NCBI GenBank assembly: GCA_965235115.1
Contig: OZ249436.1
Location: 48,982,001-49,046,000, forward strand
DNA from: Laetmonice hystrix
Taxonomy: Eukaryota
DNA: 64,000 nucleotides
Direction: 5' to 3'
In this document: piece by piece, positions 59,074-64,000 of the stretch
Position numbering within the stretch: the first letter of the stretch is position 1
How the letters are laid out: every line of letters begins with the position of its first letter
Translations under genes and position numbers: made by a program
Notes under the pieces: generated by a model
What the model was told of the DNA's origin: nothing
Databases searched by the model: none
Seen by the model: the letters and a program-made list of their open reading frames with translations, nothing else

Positions 59074-59472
59074 ATCTGTTCCTCCAAACTGAGGCTTCCC
59101 CCCAAGTATGTTCGGAGAACGGGACAACGAGCTTCAGTTATAGGTTTGAGAAATCTGTTCCTCCAAACTAAGGCTTCCCCCCAGGTATGTTCGGAGAACG
59201 GGACAACGAGCTTCAGTTATAGGTTTGAGAAATCTGTTCCTCCAAACTGAGGCTTCCCCCCAGGTATGTTCGGAGAACGGGACAACGAGCTTCAGTTATA
59301 GGTTTGAGAAATCTGTTCCTCCAAACTGAGGCTTCCCCCCAGGTATGTTCGGAGAACGGGACAACGAGCTTCAGTTATAGGTTTGAGAAATCTGTTCCTC
59401 CAAACTGAGGCTTCCCCCCAGGTATGTTCGGAGAACGGGACAACGAGCTTCAGTTATAGGTTTGAGAAATCT
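59074..59472. repeat. 79-bp minisatellite, 5 near-identical copies
   Basis: ATCTGTTCCTCCAAACTGAGGC...GTTATAGGTTTGAGAA. Confidence 0.95.
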
Positions 59473-59726
59473 ATATCCGGTGTATTTATCTCAACAAATT
59501 ATGCCGATAGAGTTAGCATATTAATTCTGGTAGAAACTGAGTTGAAAGCTTAATTGTGTTGGAAAGCTGGTTAAGTCAGCAAGCCCTTAGCGACAGCAAA
59601 ATGTGAAAGAAGAATAGTAAAACCATCAACACAGCAACCGGCTAGTTATTGGCACAAACGTTTGCGAATAGATCTACCAACAAACCTATATCGTGACAAT
59701 TGTTCTAGACGCCCGGTAGTTTGAAA

Positions 59727-60967
59727 CGTCTTGGTCACTATGTCGGGCCGTCTTGGTTACTATGTCGGGCCGTCTTGGTTACTATGTCGGGCCGTCTTGG
59801 TTACTATGTCGGGCCGTCTTGGTCACCATGTCGGACCGTCTTGGTCACTATGTCGGGCCGTCTTGGTTACCATGTCGGACCGTCTTGGTCACTATGTCGG
59901 GCCGTCTTGGTTACTATGTCGGGCCGTCTTGGTTACTATGTCGGGCCGTCCTGGTCACTATGTCGGGCCGTCTTGGTTACCAGGTCGGGCCGTCTTGGTT
60001 ACTATGTCGGCTCTCTTGGTTACTATGTCGGCCCTCTTGGTCACTATGTCGGGTCGTCTTGGTCACTATGTCGGGCCGTCTTGGTTACTATGTCGGGCCG
60101 TCTTGGTCACTATGTCGGGCCGTCTTGGTCACTATGTCGGGCCGTCTTGGTCACCATGTCGGACCGTCTTGGTCACTATGTCTGGCCGTCTTGGTCACCA
60201 GGTCGGGCCGTCTTGGTCACTATGTCTGGCCGTCTTGGTTACTAGACTCTATATGTCGGGCCGTCTTGGTCACTATGTCGGGCCGTCTTGGTTACTAGAC
60301 TCTATATGTCGGGCCGTCTTGGTCACTATGTCGGGCCGTCTTGGTGACTATGTCGGGCCGTCTTGGTCACCATGTCTTGGTCACTATGTCGGGCCGTCTT
60401 GGTCACTATGTCGGGCCGTCTTGGTTACTATGTCGGGCCGTCTTGGTTACTATGTCGGGCCGTCTTGGTCACTATGTCGGGCCGTCTTGGTCACTATGTC
60501 GGGCCGTCTTGGTCACTATGTCGGGCCGTCTTGGTCACTGTGTCGGGCCGTCTTGGTCACTATGTCGGGCCGTCTTGGTTACTATGTCGGGCCGTCTTGG
60601 TCACTATGTCGGGCCGTCTTGGTCACCATGTCGGACCGTGTTGGTCACCATGTCGGGCCGTCTTGGTGACTATGTCGGACCGTCTTGGTGACTATGTCGG
60701 GCCGTCTTGGTCACTATGTCGGGCCGTCTTGGTCACTATGTCGGGCCGTCTTGGTTACCATGTCGGACCGTCTTGGTCACTATGTCGGGCCGTCTTGGTT
60801 ACCATGTCGGACCGTCTTGGTCACCATGTCGGACCGTCTTGGTTACCATGTTGGGCCGTCTTGGTCACTATGTCGGGCCGTCTTGGTCACTATGTCGGGC
60901 CGTCTTGGTTACCATGTCGGACCGTCTTGTTTGCTATGTCGGACCGTCTTGGTTGCTATGTCGGGCG
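59727..60967. repeat. 22-bp minisatellite, ~55 copies
   Basis: Unit CGTCTTGGT(C/T)ACTATGTCGGGC. Confidence 0.97.
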
Positions 60968-63739
60968 TATGTACAAGCGTTGACTGAATGTCGTCCCACT
61001 TGCCAGCAAACAGGGACTGATATCGCGGGTCGTTAAAACTCCAATGCGAACTCCCCGCTGTGTAGGCCTACAATTCGTCGTGAATCATACCGTTTAATCA
61101 AATTGGTGTATTCTCATCAAATTGCTCCACTGCTCACTTTTTTCGGGGGGGTTTTATTCCATATATTTAATAAATCAGACGTTTGAAAATGCGAACCGAG
61201 CAGTTTGATTTCCGTTGCCTGCAATGGTGTTAGTCCTAATGCCTACTGAAGGCCAGTAGGGGAGCATGTCATCACACAAGGAGCCATGCACTCCTCCATT
61301 ATGCCCCCTTCTTAGATAATAACTGCTCCCTTCGTTTATTTAAAATGGCCGCCGGCCGTGACGAGGCAAGTACAAACGTAGGCGCATCGGGTTTATTTTT
61401 AGCACCCCTCTTCCGGTGTTCATAGAAAGTGTTTAAAATGATAATTGGCGCATCTCATTCCAGTCGTGTTGAACTAAGAGCCGGACCCCCAGAAGACTGG
61501 AACCCCAAACTTCCACCTCCTAGGGCCACTTTTCCGGCGACAATCACTGAATGAACGAAGCTAATCTCCTTTTTAATCTCTCTCCAAACCGCCACAACAT
61601 GTTAAATCGCTAGATGGCGCCAGCGACACCTATCTCCAGGTGTTTCCCGAGAATACCTCGGCTTACAAATGTCTTCGCAGTTCCTTTCTACTTGTATTGT
61701 AGAGACTTCGTATGACGATTATGTTTGGGATCCTTATACTTTTCATGAAATTCCCTTTCGTATTTTCTCACGAAATGCCTTTTTATGTGTTTATTCAGAG
61801 GTCGAATTTCACAAGTTCTTTTATTCAGCCGAGTTTCTGATATGTTGCGGTGACTTATTTTGTATCATTAAACACATTTCTGGCTGCCAGTCGTGGCCAC
61901 CTTTCCCTCCAGAATCGACAATTGAATATTGGAATAGTCCGTACCAGAGAAACATCATTGCACTGTTAGTTTTGGTTTCAGTATTCTCGTGGTTCCCTCA
62001 GTTTACCGCCTAAAATGGCCAAAAGCAATTTTTGTTTTTGTTTTATTTTTAAGCGTGTTTGCCAGCATGCATGTCACAGTGATCACGTCTCATACAGGAT
62101 AATCCCACTGTTAAGGTTAGCGATGGAGTAAACAACCTTAATGCAATGTTCGCCTGCCTGTTAGGCCTCCAGAAAGTATACAAAGTGGTCGTTGTAGGTT
62201 GGTTGTACCTGGCGGAGGTCAGTGGCAGTATGCCAATAATTACATCCGTCTACCAGGGGCGTGTGCCACAGTAGGTACATTGCGATATACGGAGCGTTCT
62301 ATTGAGGACTACTTTGGACGCCAGATGTGAGACCATATGAAATTACAGCTTTTGAGATGCCTTGGAATTATGCTAGCGTGTACTTGTCATCATATTTTAA
62401 TATTCTGATGACATTATTTCAACAATCAGGCCCAATTCCTGACCTGTTCGTTAAGTTTTAGCCACTAGTCTTTTTAAACCATGCACTATGCAAATGATGA
62501 TGCAATGGCATGATGAACCGGACGAAAGCCGAAACATGGCCTGTGCCACCCTCTTGCCAGCCGATATAACGGGCATCCTCGGCAAAATGGGGTCAAACGA
62601 TGCTAAACTGTCATTATGGGATCAGGCGCTGATCCAGAGGGCGGCGGCCTGGGGGTTACTACGTGCCCCCTATAGACCCCTATTAAATTGGCTTAACAAA
62701 TAGACCAAAAGTGATGCGCCCTTGGGATCATGGGTATTATGGGAAGTAGGCCTACATATTTCCAGACTGCTGCTGGGGGGGGGGGGGGGGGGGGGGGGCG
62801 TGAAGTGCAGGTGATGGGGGTCACTTAAAGGGGCATGCTATGGAACACGTTTTGGAGGATTTCCGGCAATTATCCAACATGACCGTGTACTAGGGATCCA
62901 AGTAAATAATCCTGCCACAGCATTTTGTCCTTCGACATGTTTTCGCTGCGCATGCAGCACAAGTAGGTTCTGTACAACCAAACGCATAGATTCCTCCCGA
63001 TAGCACATCTTCCGCCATAATTTGGTAGACAACCTCCCATCAACCCGTGTAATCGCGTACTGCGTCACATCCTGCGTGTCCTGCCTGCGCTTAGTTGTAA
63101 ACAATTCAGCAGTTGCACTCGATCGTCCGGCATCAGAATGCCACCCAAAAAAATATTTTACGAAATCGGCAGAGAAGCGGGCAAGGGTGCTTCATAAAGT
63201 TTGATTTCTCACAAAAAAATGAAACTGATAAGTCTGTCTTTGTTTACCAAGCAGTTTTAATGAAGGATCTCTTTATGAAAACAGCATAAGTTCTTTGAAA
63301 TACCGATTTTTCACGTTTCCTCCTAATATGCCCCTTTAAAGAGAGCAGGGTGAAAATGGGCCCGGTGTTGGCGTCAGTTTTCCCACGCCCCCTGCATGGA
63401 AAAGGTACACATTACAGATTGGGATTTCCCTGTAGACCAGGGCCCGGACGACAGTACCACGAACAAGATCGGGTTCTATTGCAGACAGATGAATTTTATT
63501 ATTGTTAATAGGTCTTCTACGAGATGATAGATGGGTGATAGATGATATATGGGCCTCAAAGTAGCCGAGAGGGTATACCCATACTCTGCAGTTAGGCCAA
63601 GATCTGTTCATTTATAGAGTGGCCAAAATCTAGGCCAATACTAGATATTCCTTATAAACCCATGTCGTATGTAGACATATCTTTCTTGTCAGATTTCACA
63701 GATCGGCAAGACCTCCTTTAGTATTCTGATTATTCTGAC

Positions 63740-64000
63740 TCTTAAACTGGCACCCACTTATGGTACCCTTCTTAAACTGGCACCCACTTATGGTACCCTT
63801 CTTAAACTGGCACCCACTTATGGTACGACACCCACTTATGGTAGGCTTACCCTCTTCCTAAGCTGACCCCCACTTATGGTACCCTTTCTAAACTGACACC
63901 CATTTATGGTACCCTCTTCTTAAGCTGACACCCGCTTATGGTACCCTTCTTAAACTGACATCCACTTTAAGTGAATGTCAGTTTAAGAAGCGTACCATAA
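63740..64000. repeat. ~30-bp tandem array that inverts orientation at ~63968 (truncated by the window edge)
   Basis: Unit CTTAAACTGGCACCCACTTATGGTACCCTT; 63969-64000 is the reverse complement of 63936-63967 (30/32). Confidence 0.85.

Noticed and set aside
59721..61036. Multiple overlapping ORFs (SGRLGHYVGPSW repeats)
   Set aside because: Translation artefacts of the 22-bp minisatellite

Overview
Repeat-rich animal genomic DNA; the GT-AG introns, protostome-type Toll ectodomain and HINE/MITE repeats suggest a marine invertebrate, probably a lophotrochozoan (inference). Four protein-coding genes form two head-to-head pairs. (1) An intronless Toll-like LRR type-I membrane protein that lacks a TIR domain (-, 3574-6687). 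(2) An intronless-CDS ankyrin-repeat protein (+, 8934-10277). (3) A 4-coding-exon pyroglutamyl-peptidase I, PGPEP1 (-, 21013-25428, 200 aa). (4) C-terminal Src kinase, Csk (+, 33704-52895, 454 aa). The main finding is that Csk carries two tandem, intact, equal-length (220 nt), equal-phase paralogous exons encoding almost the whole SH2 domain (47434-47653 and 48038-48257, 44/73 aa identical). Only inclusion of exactly one preserves the frame, which points to mutually exclusive splicing that swaps the phosphotyrosine-binding module. The rest is minisatellites, MITEs, a Helentron-type element, a Tc1 remnant and several CTCF-like and RFX-like motifs. All exon boundaries and homologies were read by eye and from recalled family sequences, without database searches.
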